Part shown: piece after piece, positions 38,586 through 48,402 of the stretch | Numbering within the stretch: the first letter of the stretch is position 1 | How the letters are laid out: every line of letters begins with the position of its first letter | Virus record (IMG/VR): IMGVR_UViG_3300022864_000001 | Location: 52,029-116,028 of that record | Length of the DNA stretch: 64,000 nucleotides | Source of the DNA: a virus | Direction: 5' to 3' (one strand) | Position numbers and translations under genes: made by a program | The notes under the pieces: generated by a model | What the model was told of the DNA's origin: nothing | Seen by the model: the letters and a program-made list of their open reading frames with translations, nothing else | Database searches by the model: none

Positions 38586-38807
38586 TTACGAAAACGCATT
38601 GTGTGCCTCGGAAAATATAGCTTTTACGCTATTGGTATCTTTGGCCCCTTGCAGTTTTGCGAGTATGTCTACAACTACCATCTCTGGTATCAGTGCCGCC
38701 ACGAATTCTCTCTCATTAGGCAGCTTACCCCTCTCCATTTCCCCGAGGGCTACTTTGCGCCACCTCTTCAACTCGCCCCGTACAGCTACACGAAGTGCTT
38801 TGTCTTC
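38586..38807 (-). other. In-frame continuation of the portal ORF after a single TAG
   Basis: GAT GTC TTA TAG GAA GAC AAA GCA CTT CGT ... TTG AAG AGG TGG: 73 further sense codons in the portal frame. Confidence 0.6.
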
Positions 38808-40202
38808 CTATAAGACATCACCCTGATCCTCCGGTTCTTCGGGCACATCATCGCCCCCTCCCCCAGCAAGACGATTCGTCAGCCTCTCCGGCGCTTCAGA
38901 ACCCGTCAGCGTGCCAACTCTTTGTCTCAATACCTCAACGCCACCAGGGGCAGCCAAGTGCTTCAGCAAGCGGACGGGTATTTTGCAGACCTCGTAGCCT
39001 ATGGGTTTTAAATCCAATACCGCGCGGTTCTCGTCTATCGTCCTGTCCTGGGAATATTGCGCGTATTCTTGCACGCTTATTGCCCTATCAGTGGGAATGA
39101 CGTTCGGCGACTTGGCCAGGAAATCATCACCGTAGAATTGCCGCATTACCAGCGTCCACTGGGCAGCAAAGCTGTCTAGTATGGGTTGCGTAGTGTTCTG
39201 GGCAAAACTTGCCAATACAGCATACAGATTCTCGCTGGCTACTTCGCCCGTTACTAAGCCGTTTGGTATGCCAAAAATCTGGTAAATCTGTCCACGGTTG
39301 AATTCGCGACTGAGCCGCAGTTGCATCTCCTCCATTGACTGTTGGATAATTTCAACAGAGAGGTCTCCACCACGAACGATGGCCGATGCGCGACCTTGCC
39401 CAAATTGCTCGTGGATTGCCTCTTTAGCCTCAACAAAATCAGTATCAGAGATTTCAGGTGGCAACGACAAAATAGCGGTCGGTACAGCGTTGTCTTCGCC
39501 ATAGAACTGCTGTTCCCAATCTGCCTGGGCCAAGTCTGTTCTAATAGGCGAAAGCGCTGCTGTCAGGCTGCTGAGTCCCTCCCAATAGCTCCAGAAATTC
39601 GGGAAGCGCAGACAGAATACGTTCTCGCCAGGCAACTGGTGCTTCTGCCCGTCAATGGTAATGACGTAATCAATGATAATGCGCCCTGTTATCCGCGACC
39701 TGTGCAACGTTTTGGGCAATGGAGACACTTTGTTCGATGGCAGGGGCCAAAGTTCCACCGGCTCGCCACGGCCTATCTTGGGCGTTGAGATAAAAATGTG
39801 TGCGTTCCCACGTAGAAGATACCAGCCCAAAGTATATCGCGCGATATAGTCGTAGCTGAACATATCGTTCGGCATACGAAGCAGTTTGTCGAACGCGTGG
39901 TTTGGCGTCGCAACAACTTCCCCGTCTGCCTCCTGTTTGGCCGCAAATGGCCGCGAGTCCTGGCGAGCTACCGCACTTCCAATGACACGTAACGCAGTCC
40001 AAACCGCGTATGATGTAATCGCAATAAGTTCAGCGTCAGACGAATCCACGGTTTGCCCGGCCCGCGACTCGGCCAGCTTCCCCATCAGGTTCATAATTAC
40101 GCGCTGAGAACTGGTATTGCCGTGCAACGGCGCCCGCGCGTATGCCCACGCGGAAGACCAATAGTGTAACCACCGCCCTAATGTGTTGGGAGGCCCTGTC
40201 AT
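38808..40202 (-). CDS. Portal protein (HK97 family)
   Basis: LL.MPN, LLRGNA, ELWPLP...V, GLSSL, F.....P.AIL, IFGIP. Confidence 0.92.
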   Translation of the reverse strand: MTGPPNTLGRWLHYWSSAWAYARAPLHGNTSSQRVIMNLMGKLAESRAGQTVDSSDAELIAITSYAVWTALRVIGSAVARQDSRPFAAKQEADGEVVATPNHAFDKLLRMPNDMFSYDYIARYTLGWYLLRGNAHIFISTPKIGRGEPVELWPLPSNKVSPLPKTLHRSRITGRIIIDYVITIDGQKHQLPGENVFCLRFPNFWSYWEGLSSLTAALSPIRTDLAQADWEQQFYGEDNAVPTAILSLPPEISDTDFVEAKEAIHEQFGQGRASAIVRGGDLSVEIIQQSMEEMQLRLSREFNRGQIYQIFGIPNGLVTGEVASENLYAVLASFAQNTTQPILDSFAAQWTLVMRQFYGDDFLAKSPNVIPTDRAISVQEYAQYSQDRTIDENRAVLDLKPIGYEVCKIPVRLLKHLAAPGGVEVLRQRVGTLTGSEAPERLTNRLAGGGGDDVPEEPEDQGDVL

Positions 40203-40252
40203 GTTTTTCTCATAGTCTCAATGCTCTTCTTCTGACTCTAAGTAATCAGACT

Positions 40253-40972
40253 TTAGCATTTCCTATATTGTTCGTTGAAGTTCAATGTCGCGTTGCACTT
40301 CTCGCAGATATAATTCCCAACAGTTGTTGCCCCGCAATGCCAACATTCCCGTGTAAGATTCTGCAACTCTTTCTCTGGCAAACGGTTGCCACCACAGAAC
40401 TTGCAGGTGTGGCTATTCCAATCGCATAGAGCGCCGCACCAAGGACACAAACGCGCCTTGGGCTGGCTTACAAAGCCCACGTCGCCCAACATTGCACCCC
40501 AATCAGGCACGCGTTCCTCATTCGTGGTGAAGCAGAAACCTGGCCCTAGCAGCAACGTAACCTTTATTGCAGGCCATGTCTCGCTGTTAAGGGTGCGGTC
40601 AATGCCCACTAACCATCCAGTCCACTTAGCGCGCTCTACAGCCTTGTCCAACAAATCTGTTCCACCGCCACATTGCGGGCAAGTCAAAACGCCTGTTGTA
40701 TAGGTCGTGCCACAATAACGACAAACATGCCCCCATCCAATGTCGCGGTAGCCAATATGCGAACCGCATTCTAGGTGGTTCATCGTTGCCGCGCTGTAGC
40801 CAAGTTCCAGTTCCATGTGCGCGGTTACGCCCGTAGAAACTAGGGCAAACGAGCCGTCAAATGTTGGCATTCTTACCGTATCGTTTTCAACGCTTAGGTT
40901 GGCCGCATATATGTGGCTCCCCAAGAACTTGCCACCAACGGGCAAAAAGTGGCGCATCTGTGTTGTCGCCAT
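40253..40972 (-). CDS. Multi zinc-ribbon protein
   Basis: Six CxxC pairs (CRYC, CPQC, CPWC, CKFC, CWHC, CEKC). Confidence 0.7.
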   Translation of the reverse strand: MATTQMRHFLPVGGKFLGSHIYAANLSVENDTVRMPTFDGSFALVSTGVTAHMELELGYSAATMNHLECGSHIGYRDIGWGHVCRYCGTTYTTGVLTCPQCGGGTDLLDKAVERAKWTGWLVGIDRTLNSETWPAIKVTLLLGPGFCFTTNEERVPDWGAMLGDVGFVSQPKARLCPWCGALCDWNSHTCKFCGGNRLPEKELQNLTRECWHCGATTVGNYICEKCNATLNFNEQYRKC

Positions 40973-40989
40973 GAAAAACTCCTGTTAAT

Positions 40990-41829
40990 CTATATCTCTG
41001 GCATGCAGTAACGCATTTCGGGCTTGGTGGGAATCGCGGCGGCTAAACCAGCGTAATATTGCAATAGGGCGCCGCGCCTTGCAAGCTTAATTATGCTTAT
41101 CTTCTGCTTGGTTGCGTCACTGTGCTTATGGCCCAGGTGGTATTGGTTTCCCCTTTTGGCATCGCTCATCTTTTGCTTGGCCGCGAGGGTGTGGTGTTTC
41201 CCCCACATGGGATGAAGAGGGCCCTTAACGGCATCGCCTATTTTGCGTTTGTGGTCTTCGGTGAGCTTCTTGCCTAAGTGGGCCTCGCGGTTTTTGCGGT
41301 TGGCTTCTTCAGTGTGGTGTTTCCCCCACATGGGGTTGCCCTCACCCGTATTGTTATCGCTCATCTTCTGCCTAGACTCTGGGGTATGCTTATAGCCCCG
41401 GGTGTTCTGGTTGCCCATCATGCGTTCGCTTTGCTTGCGGCAAAACTCCTCAGTATGCTTGTAGCCCAGGCAATATTGATTGCCTGTCGAGGCCTCGCCT
41501 ATTTTTCTCTTGTGGTCTTCTGTAAGGGTGCGCCCCCGCATCGGCGCGCCGGCGAAAGGTGCAACGTTATAGCAATTTCCCCAAAATGCATCCAAATACT
41601 CCTGCTCTATCTCTGTGAGCAGGCTGGTGTCTTCAATTACTTCCAGGACACAGAACTCAAACGCGCCTTCACCATACTTGTTCCAGGCGCGCTGGAGATG
41701 AATGCAGTGATGCTTCCCATGGCCAAGTGCGCGGCGGTGCTCCCCCCAACGCTTCTCAATATTTATTGAACCTCCTCTATACGCTTTCCCGCTCTGGCGA
41801 TGCGTAATCTTGTAAATGCCCTGAGTCAT
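40990..41829 (-). CDS. GIY-YIG homing endonuclease with NUMOD3 repeats (paralog of 37736..38572)
   Basis: QGIYKI...YRGGSINIEKRW.EH; NPMWGKHHTEE repeats. Confidence 0.88.
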   Translation of the reverse strand: MTQGIYKITHRQSGKAYRGGSINIEKRWGEHRRALGHGKHHCIHLQRAWNKYGEGAFEFCVLEVIEDTSLLTEIEQEYLDAFWGNCYNVAPFAGAPMRGRTLTEDHKRKIGEASTGNQYCLGYKHTEEFCRKQSERMMGNQNTRGYKHTPESRQKMSDNNTGEGNPMWGKHHTEEANRKNREAHLGKKLTEDHKRKIGDAVKGPLHPMWGKHHTLAAKQKMSDAKRGNQYHLGHKHSDATKQKISIIKLARRGALLQYYAGLAAAIPTKPEMRYCMPEI

Positions 41830-41850
41830 ATTTTCTCCAAAAGCGGACAG

Positions 41851-43524
41851 CTAGAAAAAGTCAATGAGGACTTTGCGTGCCGGTGCGAAGGTCAGCATCA
41901 GTGCCTCAAACCGATCAGGCGAGCGCTTGAGCTTCTCCCGCAACACCCGCTTTTTTGTTACCTGGAGTCCGAAATCTGTGTTGTCATACCGCGGTGCCAA
42001 AAGTTCCTCCAACAAGAGCTCGTCGGGCGGCAGCATCGCGCCCTTGTCCGTAGCGAGCCACTCTGCCACCTCGAAATAAAGCTGATCCCGTAATCGCCGG
42101 AACTTGAGCCGCGCCTCGTTTTGCGTCGGGGTTTTCGTCGGCTTCTCGCTGACCTTCACGCCCTGAGCGCGCGCTCCTTCTTTCCGCATAGCAGGTGCGA
42201 CGCCTGCACCAATCCCAATCGCGTCTACGTAGGCTACTTGTGCCCCGACGTCCTTGTAAATCTGGGTAGCCCTTAGAGCGCTCTCTCCTGTATCGACGCC
42301 CCTCCACGACAAGAGTCGCGCCACCCATCCGCCATAACGCTTGCACAAGACTGTAGCGTCGGGGCCTTGCTCCCCAATGTCTAGCCCAATTATAGGACTC
42401 GTCCCCTCTGGTGGCTTCTCACCGTGTACTGCAACGTAAGCATCCCAGCGCGCTCTCGCAGCATCAACATCGGCCTGTGGAATAAGCTGCTGCTCTTCCT
42501 GGGACGGATACCTCGCCAATACCATATACGCGAGCTCAGGTATTTTGACCGCCCGCCATCCAGCAGCCAACGGTGCATACGTACCGCCATCGTCTCTCTT
42601 GGCAGTTGTACCCACCAAGCAATCGGGCACTTGGAAGCAATTGCTGTCCGGCTCTTCACCTTCTACCAACGGTCGAGACCACTCGTTGATGCGCCTTACG
42701 GTCGTTTCGCGAGATACTGCGCCTGGAATGATGTCTCGTCCAGTTACGACGTTGATGTGGTCCAAAGCTGAAATCTTTACGACGTTGGCCTTGCCGTCTC
42801 GTATCATTCGATATACCGCGCCCATCTTGGCACGGGGATTGAACATGACGAGCAATCTATCGTGCGACCCGCTCATGCAGCTCTCAATCCCCCGGTAGAC
42901 CTCGTCAGGGACTGCGTCGCCCTCGTCCACCACAAAGAGCAAGTGGGGACTATGCCGCCCTGAAAACTTGGCCTCTCGTTGTGCCGCTGTGCCGCTCTGG
43001 GGTATGGTCACACCTGTGAGAAAAGACGGTTCGGGTTGCGCCGATGTTGCTGTTCGCTCAATGTGCAGGTTCAATATCTTGCTGCCAGAAAAGAGCCAGG
43101 GCGACCGGTTGTTCACAGCCCCGATTTCGCCCCAAAGCAGTTGTTTCAAGTTGCGCTCTGGCGGGGCCGCAGTGCTGTAGACTTTGGAATCAGGGAACAT
43201 GGTAAAGAACCACGCGCAGATGTGTGCTGCCGCAAAGGTCTTTCCTGTCGAATTGCCGCTCATGGCAATGGTTATGCGGTTATCCCTGACAGATTCCATC
43301 AGGCGCTTAATATCGTCGGTCAGCACTCCTACACCTAGCGCTTGTAAGCAAAACCCGACAGGATCGTCCACGTATTTGCTGCGCAGGGCGTCTAGGGTTT
43401 TCGCCCTGGCAGCCGCGGCGCCGCTTGGTAGAGCCACGCCCTTTTCTTTCGCTATCGCCTCGATCAGCGCGAGGTCGCGCAGCAGGCGGAGTCGATCAGT
43501 ATCGTCATTCGGCATCATCAACAA
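41851..43524 (-). CDS. Terminase large subunit
   Basis: Walker A SGNSTGKT, Walker B FVVDEG, nuclease IGLDIG...D, VDAIGIGAGV, SPDRFEAL. Confidence 0.92.
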   Translation of the reverse strand: MLMMPNDDTDRLRLLRDLALIEAIAKEKGVALPSGAAAARAKTLDALRSKYVDDPVGFCLQALGVGVLTDDIKRLMESVRDNRITIAMSGNSTGKTFAAAHICAWFFTMFPDSKVYSTAAPPERNLKQLLWGEIGAVNNRSPWLFSGSKILNLHIERTATSAQPEPSFLTGVTIPQSGTAAQREAKFSGRHSPHLLFVVDEGDAVPDEVYRGIESCMSGSHDRLLVMFNPRAKMGAVYRMIRDGKANVVKISALDHINVVTGRDIIPGAVSRETTVRRINEWSRPLVEGEEPDSNCFQVPDCLVGTTAKRDDGGTYAPLAAGWRAVKIPELAYMVLARYPSQEEQQLIPQADVDAARARWDAYVAVHGEKPPEGTSPIIGLDIGEQGPDATVLCKRYGGWVARLLSWRGVDTGESALRATQIYKDVGAQVAYVDAIGIGAGVAPAMRKEGARAQGVKVSEKPTKTPTQNEARLKFRRLRDQLYFEVAEWLATDKGAMLPPDELLLEELLAPRYDNTDFGLQVTKKRVLREKLKRSPDRFEALMLTFAPARKVLIDFF

Positions 43525-44101
43525 CAGTAAAGGACATAGACAACTTTGCGATAGTAACCTGGTATTCGGCCTTCAGTTGTTCACTCGTCATGGTCAATAA
43601 ATGTGCCACATCAGGCAGCCCCGCCGAGTCTCTCTCCATCTGCATGCTGATGTGGACAGCCCGCAACGCAGCGGCCGATGTCTCGAAGCCCTCGAGGCGG
43701 ATGTGTGCCATCCCCTTTTTTTGAAGTTCAATGAGAGAAGACTTGTGCCTGGTGAGCATCTCTTCCAGATAATCGGCCTCTGCACCCATGAGAGCGCGTC
43801 GGACGTGGTCGTCAAAAGCGCGCGAGCGAGCGGGCCAATCAAACGCGGTTTCCCAAAACGCCCAGTCGCGTGGAACCGCGGCACGTCCTTTGTACGCGGC
43901 GAGTCGCTCAGGGTTGCGCACCATGAGCATTTGCCTGTACGCCTTTTCACGGCTGCGCTTGCCGGGGAGTAGACTGCGCCAGAAGAAAAATGCCTCAAAT
44001 GCATCATCTGGCTCGTCAGGCAACTGGTGCCAGGGCGCGGTTTCATCGCCCACGAGCAATTCTAACTTCTCTGGTGTTAGGGCAAGGGGGCTATCGGTCA
44101 C
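43505..44101 (-). CDS. Terminase small subunit (putative)
   Basis: PW.QLPDE...AFEAF, W...FDW..R..AFD; directly upstream of TerL. Confidence 0.75.
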   Translation of the reverse strand: MTDSPLALTPEKLELLVGDETAPWHQLPDEPDDAFEAFFFWRSLLPGKRSREKAYRQMLMVRNPERLAAYKGRAAVPRDWAFWETAFDWPARSRAFDDHVRRALMGAEADYLEEMLTRHKSSLIELQKKGMAHIRLEGFETSAAALRAVHISMQMERDSAGLPDVAHLLTMTSEQLKAEYQVTIAKLSMSFTVVDDAE

Positions 44102-44145
44102 AAATTCTCCAAAGCGGACGCGAAGATAGACTTATAGATTTTCGC

Positions 44146-44174
44146 ATTATACCACAGAAACGCGATTTTGTCAA
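44146..44174 (-). promoter_or_regulatory. Consensus sigma70 promoter for the packaging/head operon
   Basis: TTGACA-N17-TATAAT with extended TG. Confidence 0.85.
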
Positions 44175-44214
44175 ATTGGAGAGGTCAAGTGTGCAGATAT
44201 GTCAAGTAGGGGAA

Positions 44215-44745
44215 TTACAGCGACTCGACGTAGAACGGGCCACAGACACCGTTGCTGAAATATGCCGCTACTTCTAGGGCGCGGAATATCCTGGCCTCTG
44301 CTTCCAAACGGCCCGTAGATCGCAAAGCACCAAGTGCATACTGTGCGCCACACCCCACGGCATCGTAACCGTCACGCCGCCGGAGAACCGCAAAGTCGCC
44401 GTTTACCTCATACAATTTCCCACCATACCCCATGAGGAACTGCCCACCTACCTCTACGTTGTTCTCAATGGTCGTAAACCCACCCTGCGCTAGCAACTCG
44501 CGAACCGCAGGCACGAAGCTGGCAACCAGAAACTCCATGCCGTCCTCGCATTCTTGCTTCGGCATAGTTAGCCCGTACTGCAACAGTTGCCCCATGCGAA
44601 AGCTGGTAGTGTACCCCATCAAAACATCGCCTACTACGAAGACTTTCCGGCCTATGCCCTGGCGGATATTCCAGCCATCAGCGGCAGCAGAATCGCCGCC
44701 CATCCAGACTTTCCCCTCTTGTTCGATGCCAATAATGCATGTCAT
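44215..44745 (-). CDS. Ntn-hydrolase (HslV / proteasome beta-like) peptidase
   Basis: MTCIIG (Thr2 nucleophile), GGDS, KVF, AVGCGA.YALGAL. Confidence 0.8.
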   Translation of the reverse strand: MTCIIGIEQEGKVWMGGDSAAADGWNIRQGIGRKVFVVGDVLMGYTTSFRMGQLLQYGLTMPKQECEDGMEFLVASFVPAVRELLAQGGFTTIENNVEVGGQFLMGYGGKLYEVNGDFAVLRRRDGYDAVGCGAQYALGALRSTGRLEAEARIFRALEVAAYFSNGVCGPFYVESL

Positions 44746-44812
44746 GCTTCTGCTCCAATCATCCTGATTTGTGCTACGATAATGCTCTTTTCACGCATTT
44801 ACGTAGCACAGA

Positions 44813-45580
44813 TTATTCCAACAATCTCAGTTGTGTGCCGGTGACTTTCGCCAGTCTCTTCTCGGACATCGCCGCGTATTCCGGATTCAGTTCGATCCCG
44901 ATGTAACTACGCCCTAATTCCTTGGCAACGACGGCTGTGGTTCCGCTTCCAAGAAACGGGTCTAGGACAACATCTCCTTTGTAACTGTAGAGTTTTATCA
45001 ACCTCTCTGCAATGGTTTCAGGGAAAGCGGCGGGGTGTTTCGTCGCGTTGGGTGACACAGCAGGAACACGCCAGACGCTCTTTGTCCACTGCAAGAACTC
45101 GTCTCGTTCTATGTCGCTCTCGCCCTTGGTTTCTTTCCCGTCCATCTCGTTAGAGGCCACGATGATGAGTTCGTGGACATCCCGTAGGCACGGATTAGAT
45201 GCTGACATCCACGAGCCCCAGCTGGTAGCCCCAGACCCTCGCCCAGACGAGTCTTTAGCCCAGATGATATGGCCTCTAAGGTGAAACAACTCAGCCAACT
45301 GCATTGTAATGGCTGATCCCAGTGGAAGATACGGGTGACGACCATAGCCCTGGCATACTATTACGGCAATCCTGCCATCCGGTTTCATCACCCGCTTAGC
45401 AGCCACCCAGGTTTTCATCATGTCTGCTAAGTATTTGGTGTCGTTTTCCCAATGCGAGTATTCTCTGGCGTTCAGGTACGGCGGGCTCGTTACTACTAGG
45501 TCTATACATCGCTCTGGCATTTCTTGCATTGCCGTAACGCAATCGCCGCAGATTATGGTGTCTACAACCTTGTCAGCCAT
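44813..45580 (-). CDS. DNA methyltransferase, beta class (probably N4-cytosine)
   Basis: DLVVTSPPY, HPAAFP, VLDPFLGSGTT, GIELN. Confidence 0.92.
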   Translation of the reverse strand: MADKVVDTIICGDCVTAMQEMPERCIDLVVTSPPYLNAREYSHWENDTKYLADMMKTWVAAKRVMKPDGRIAVIVCQGYGRHPYLPLGSAITMQLAELFHLRGHIIWAKDSSGRGSGATSWGSWMSASNPCLRDVHELIIVASNEMDGKETKGESDIERDEFLQWTKSVWRVPAVSPNATKHPAAFPETIAERLIKLYSYKGDVVLDPFLGSGTTAVVAKELGRSYIGIELNPEYAAMSEKRLAKVTGTQLRLLE

Positions 45581-45607
45581 TGTCTCCCCAGGTCTTTGTA
45601 CAAAGAG

Positions 45608-46495
45608 TTATTCAATCTCCCACCCTACAACATATTGTGGGCAAGTCGAGCTGTACTTGGCATCTAGCGCAGCTATCTCGCCACGGACGACCAGGAAACA
45701 GCCCTGCCACTCGCCAGTGTCAGAGTACCAGAGTCTCGTCTTGGCGCACTGAAGCGGCTGTATCGCTTCCAATAACCCCTCTTTGTCGTGTTGGGTAACG
45801 TGGGTCTCCCCGTTAGAGATGCGACGGATGAGGAAGTAGGTCTCGTCCTGTACAGGGCCAGGCGCGTGCTGTGCCGCAAGCGCCCTGTCCAGCACGTTGC
45901 CCAGCCGGTTGGGGTCATCCATGCGCCACCCCTTGCACCCAGCCTCCCCACAATCACAGGGATACGCGTATTGGCCTAATTCATGCAGTTGTTCTACCGT
46001 CAGGCCTGAGCGTTTAGCATAGCCTTCAATGAATGCTCGTTTCGCAAGAATTTTCTCGGCGTCACCTGATACTGTGTCAACCCAGTCCGCTATGCCAAGA
46101 AGCGCATTCTGCAAGCTGGCATTTATCTCTACCCAATCGCTACATAGCAAATATTCTGTTAGATGCTTGGCCAAGGCCCCAGGGGAAAGGGTTAAACACT
46201 CCAGTGGTTTATCCTCGCGAACCTGCACCCCCTCCCTGTCCGCCAGCGCCTCATCAACCAACGTTGCCAGTTGAAGAATGCAGGCGCCTGTATTATAGCC
46301 AGGCCATGTGCCTTGGGTAAATAGATATTCCCTCATTCTGTCGGTTATTGTCATCTTCTTACCCCCTGTCATTATTGCATGGTCCAACTTCCGCGATGCT
46401 TGAGCCATGAACGCGTCCTCCCAACCGGCAAACCAGGGCTCCATCATCTCTTGGTCGCGAATCACCTGTTTAAGTTCCCTTGATATATTTATCAT
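45608..46495 (-). CDS. Hypothetical protein (mosaic, with CDCG...C.GW motif)
   Basis: Long ORF bounded by palindrome B on both sides. Confidence 0.6.
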   Translation of the reverse strand: MINISRELKQVIRDQEMMEPWFAGWEDAFMAQASRKLDHAIMTGGKKMTITDRMREYLFTQGTWPGYNTGACILQLATLVDEALADREGVQVREDKPLECLTLSPGALAKHLTEYLLCSDWVEINASLQNALLGIADWVDTVSGDAEKILAKRAFIEGYAKRSGLTVEQLHELGQYAYPCDCGEAGCKGWRMDDPNRLGNVLDRALAAQHAPGPVQDETYFLIRRISNGETHVTQHDKEGLLEAIQPLQCAKTRLWYSDTGEWQGCFLVVRGEIAALDAKYSSTCPQYVVGWEIE

Positions 46496-46527
46496 GTTGC
46501 CCCATTATTAGTCTTTGCGCAAAGACT

Positions 46528-46794
46528 TTACTCTACCCATTCCAAGCTAATCTGATTCAGAACTGCCCGCATACGCCGTTCATCCCCTCTCCATACTGCC
46601 GACCACCTCTTCCTCCACGAACCCTGGCAATGTCTAATATAGCGTTGCAACAAATCGCCAAGGGGGGCACTGTATACTGGGCGCGGGAAAGTCCCTGTAA
46701 ACGCCTTCGCACCACTGCCATCTACAAATGTCATTGCAATGTCTTGCGTCTCGCCAGTATCAAACTGCTTCTTCCAATCAACAAATATTCCCAT
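46528..46794 (-). CDS. Hypothetical protein
   Basis: SD GGAGG; flanked by two perfect copies of palindrome B. Confidence 0.6.
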   Translation of the reverse strand: MGIFVDWKKQFDTGETQDIAMTFVDGSGAKAFTGTFPRPVYSAPLGDLLQRYIRHCQGSWRKRWSAVWRGDERRMRAVLNQISLEWVE

Positions 46795-46826
46795 TGCCTT
46801 GCCTCCGTTAGTCTTTGCGCAAAGAC

Positions 46827-48113
46827 TTATGCCAGCCGTCGCTCAGCCAACGCCAACGCCTCTTTCACACGCCTGCCGGCCATATCCTTGCCATACATCC
46901 TCTTGTGCAACTTGCGGACTGCACGCGTAGACGGCATCGTATCCCCACGTCCTCGTTCACGTAGAATGCATGCAATCAATGCATCTGGCACAGGTTTGCG
47001 CCTACGCCCACCACCGTTGACAGGGGGGTGATAATCGGGCAAATGCGCCGCCATCTGTTCCCGCCAGGCAGTAGCGTCTATGGTCTGCCCATTACCTCCA
47101 TTGGTGGGATATTTCTTGCATATGGACTCCACGGACTTTCGTGGATCGCTCACCAGTGGTGCTTGGAACCGCGTCTTTTGCCCACACGTGATGAGTATGC
47201 CGTCGCCTAACCCCAGCAGTTTGTGTGCATCCGTACCACTACATCCAGCGGCTACCAGGGCGTCGTCACCAGACATGACGCGGAACAGGACGCGGGTCGG
47301 AAAGTTCGCTTTTGCAATACTGCCGACGTCGCTCGCCATGGGTTTTTGTGTAGCTGCAACGAGGTGTATGCCGTGTTTGAGCCCCTGCGTTACTATGTGC
47401 TCAAGACAGCGAATCATGTCTGCGCCACCGAATCGGAGCATGTCTACCAGCTCATCAACGAATAGGACGATGCGGCTATCTATGCGATCCTGTGACCTAC
47501 GAACTTCCATTTCTTGGGCAACGTGGGCAAGAAGAGCGCCAGCAGCGTTTGGCTCTGTGGCAATGGGCCTCCACAAATGCGGCAGTCCATCTAACGTACC
47601 AAGGCCCTTTTCACCGATGTCTACAATGGCTATACGTAACGCATCAGGTGATGTGTTCTGGGCCATGCTTAATGCTACTGAACGGAGAAAGTTGCTCTTG
47701 CCTGAGCCAGTCGTGCCAGCGATGAGAGCATGGGCAACCGCGGGAGAGTCGAATCGCAACACCAGTGCTGTCGCGTCCGCGTCCATGCCTATGAGGGCCG
47801 TGTACGGTTGCAGTTCCCCAACGTATTCCATGAGCGCAGGAAAAGATACAGCTTGCGGGTCTCGTCGTGGTATGTCAATACGTATTGTCGCTCCTTGGCG
47901 CGATATATCTACGTCAGTCACACCCAGCGCCATCGCAATGGGTTCAGAGAGCCTCTTCACTGCATTAGGGTCGGTCTTAGGCCCAACCGTTAGCACAAAC
48001 TGCAACAAGCGGGGCGCGAGCGTACCGCGCCATACGACAGCGTTGATACCCCTCTGCGCCAGCAGGGTTTGGATTTGGGTTGCTTGCATCTGAAAGAGGT
48101 TGTTGGATGTCAT
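46827..48113 (-). CDS. FtsK/SpoIIIE-family DNA translocase
   Basis: HALIAGTTGSGKS, LFVDEL, GIHLVAATQKP, KANFPTR, A.KLLGLGD; C-terminal HTH-like segment; no TM domain. Confidence 0.92.
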   Translation of the reverse strand: MTSNNLFQMQATQIQTLLAQRGINAVVWRGTLAPRLLQFVLTVGPKTDPNAVKRLSEPIAMALGVTDVDISRQGATIRIDIPRRDPQAVSFPALMEYVGELQPYTALIGMDADATALVLRFDSPAVAHALIAGTTGSGKSNFLRSVALSMAQNTSPDALRIAIVDIGEKGLGTLDGLPHLWRPIATEPNAAGALLAHVAQEMEVRRSQDRIDSRIVLFVDELVDMLRFGGADMIRCLEHIVTQGLKHGIHLVAATQKPMASDVGSIAKANFPTRVLFRVMSGDDALVAAGCSGTDAHKLLGLGDGILITCGQKTRFQAPLVSDPRKSVESICKKYPTNGGNGQTIDATAWREQMAAHLPDYHPPVNGGGRRRKPVPDALIACILRERGRGDTMPSTRAVRKLHKRMYGKDMAGRRVKEALALAERRLA

Positions 48114-48133
48114 TGTTCATCCCTCAATAGACC

Positions 48134-48394
48134 CTAATTCGCCGTATTCAACGCCAAGCACCGAGCGACCCGCTCCTCTAAAGAACGGACAGGGTGGTCC
48201 GTCGGAATGTAATCAATCGCGAATGTCTCAGCCAGCGCCATGAGCGCGTCTCTAAAACCCCTGCGATACAGTTGCATCTCGCGCAAGTCAATGGCAGACG
48301 CTATGGCACAGTTTGCCTGATCAATGCCCCGAAGGGCTCCTCGCAGGTCTTCGCGTGACCAAACACGAAAGCCTGAACGATTCAGTTTTCTCAT
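48134..48394 (-). CDS. Hypothetical protein
   Basis: SD AGGAG; lies between the membrane protein and FtsK. Confidence 0.6.
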   Translation of the reverse strand: MRKLNRSGFRVWSREDLRGALRGIDQANCAIASAIDLREMQLYRRGFRDALMALAETFAIDYIPTDHPVRSLEERVARCLALNTAN

Positions 48395-48402
48395 AGTTAC
48401 TC

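Noticed and set aside
47080-48093. 337-aa plus-strand ORF
   Set aside because: Antisense to the well-supported FtsK gene.
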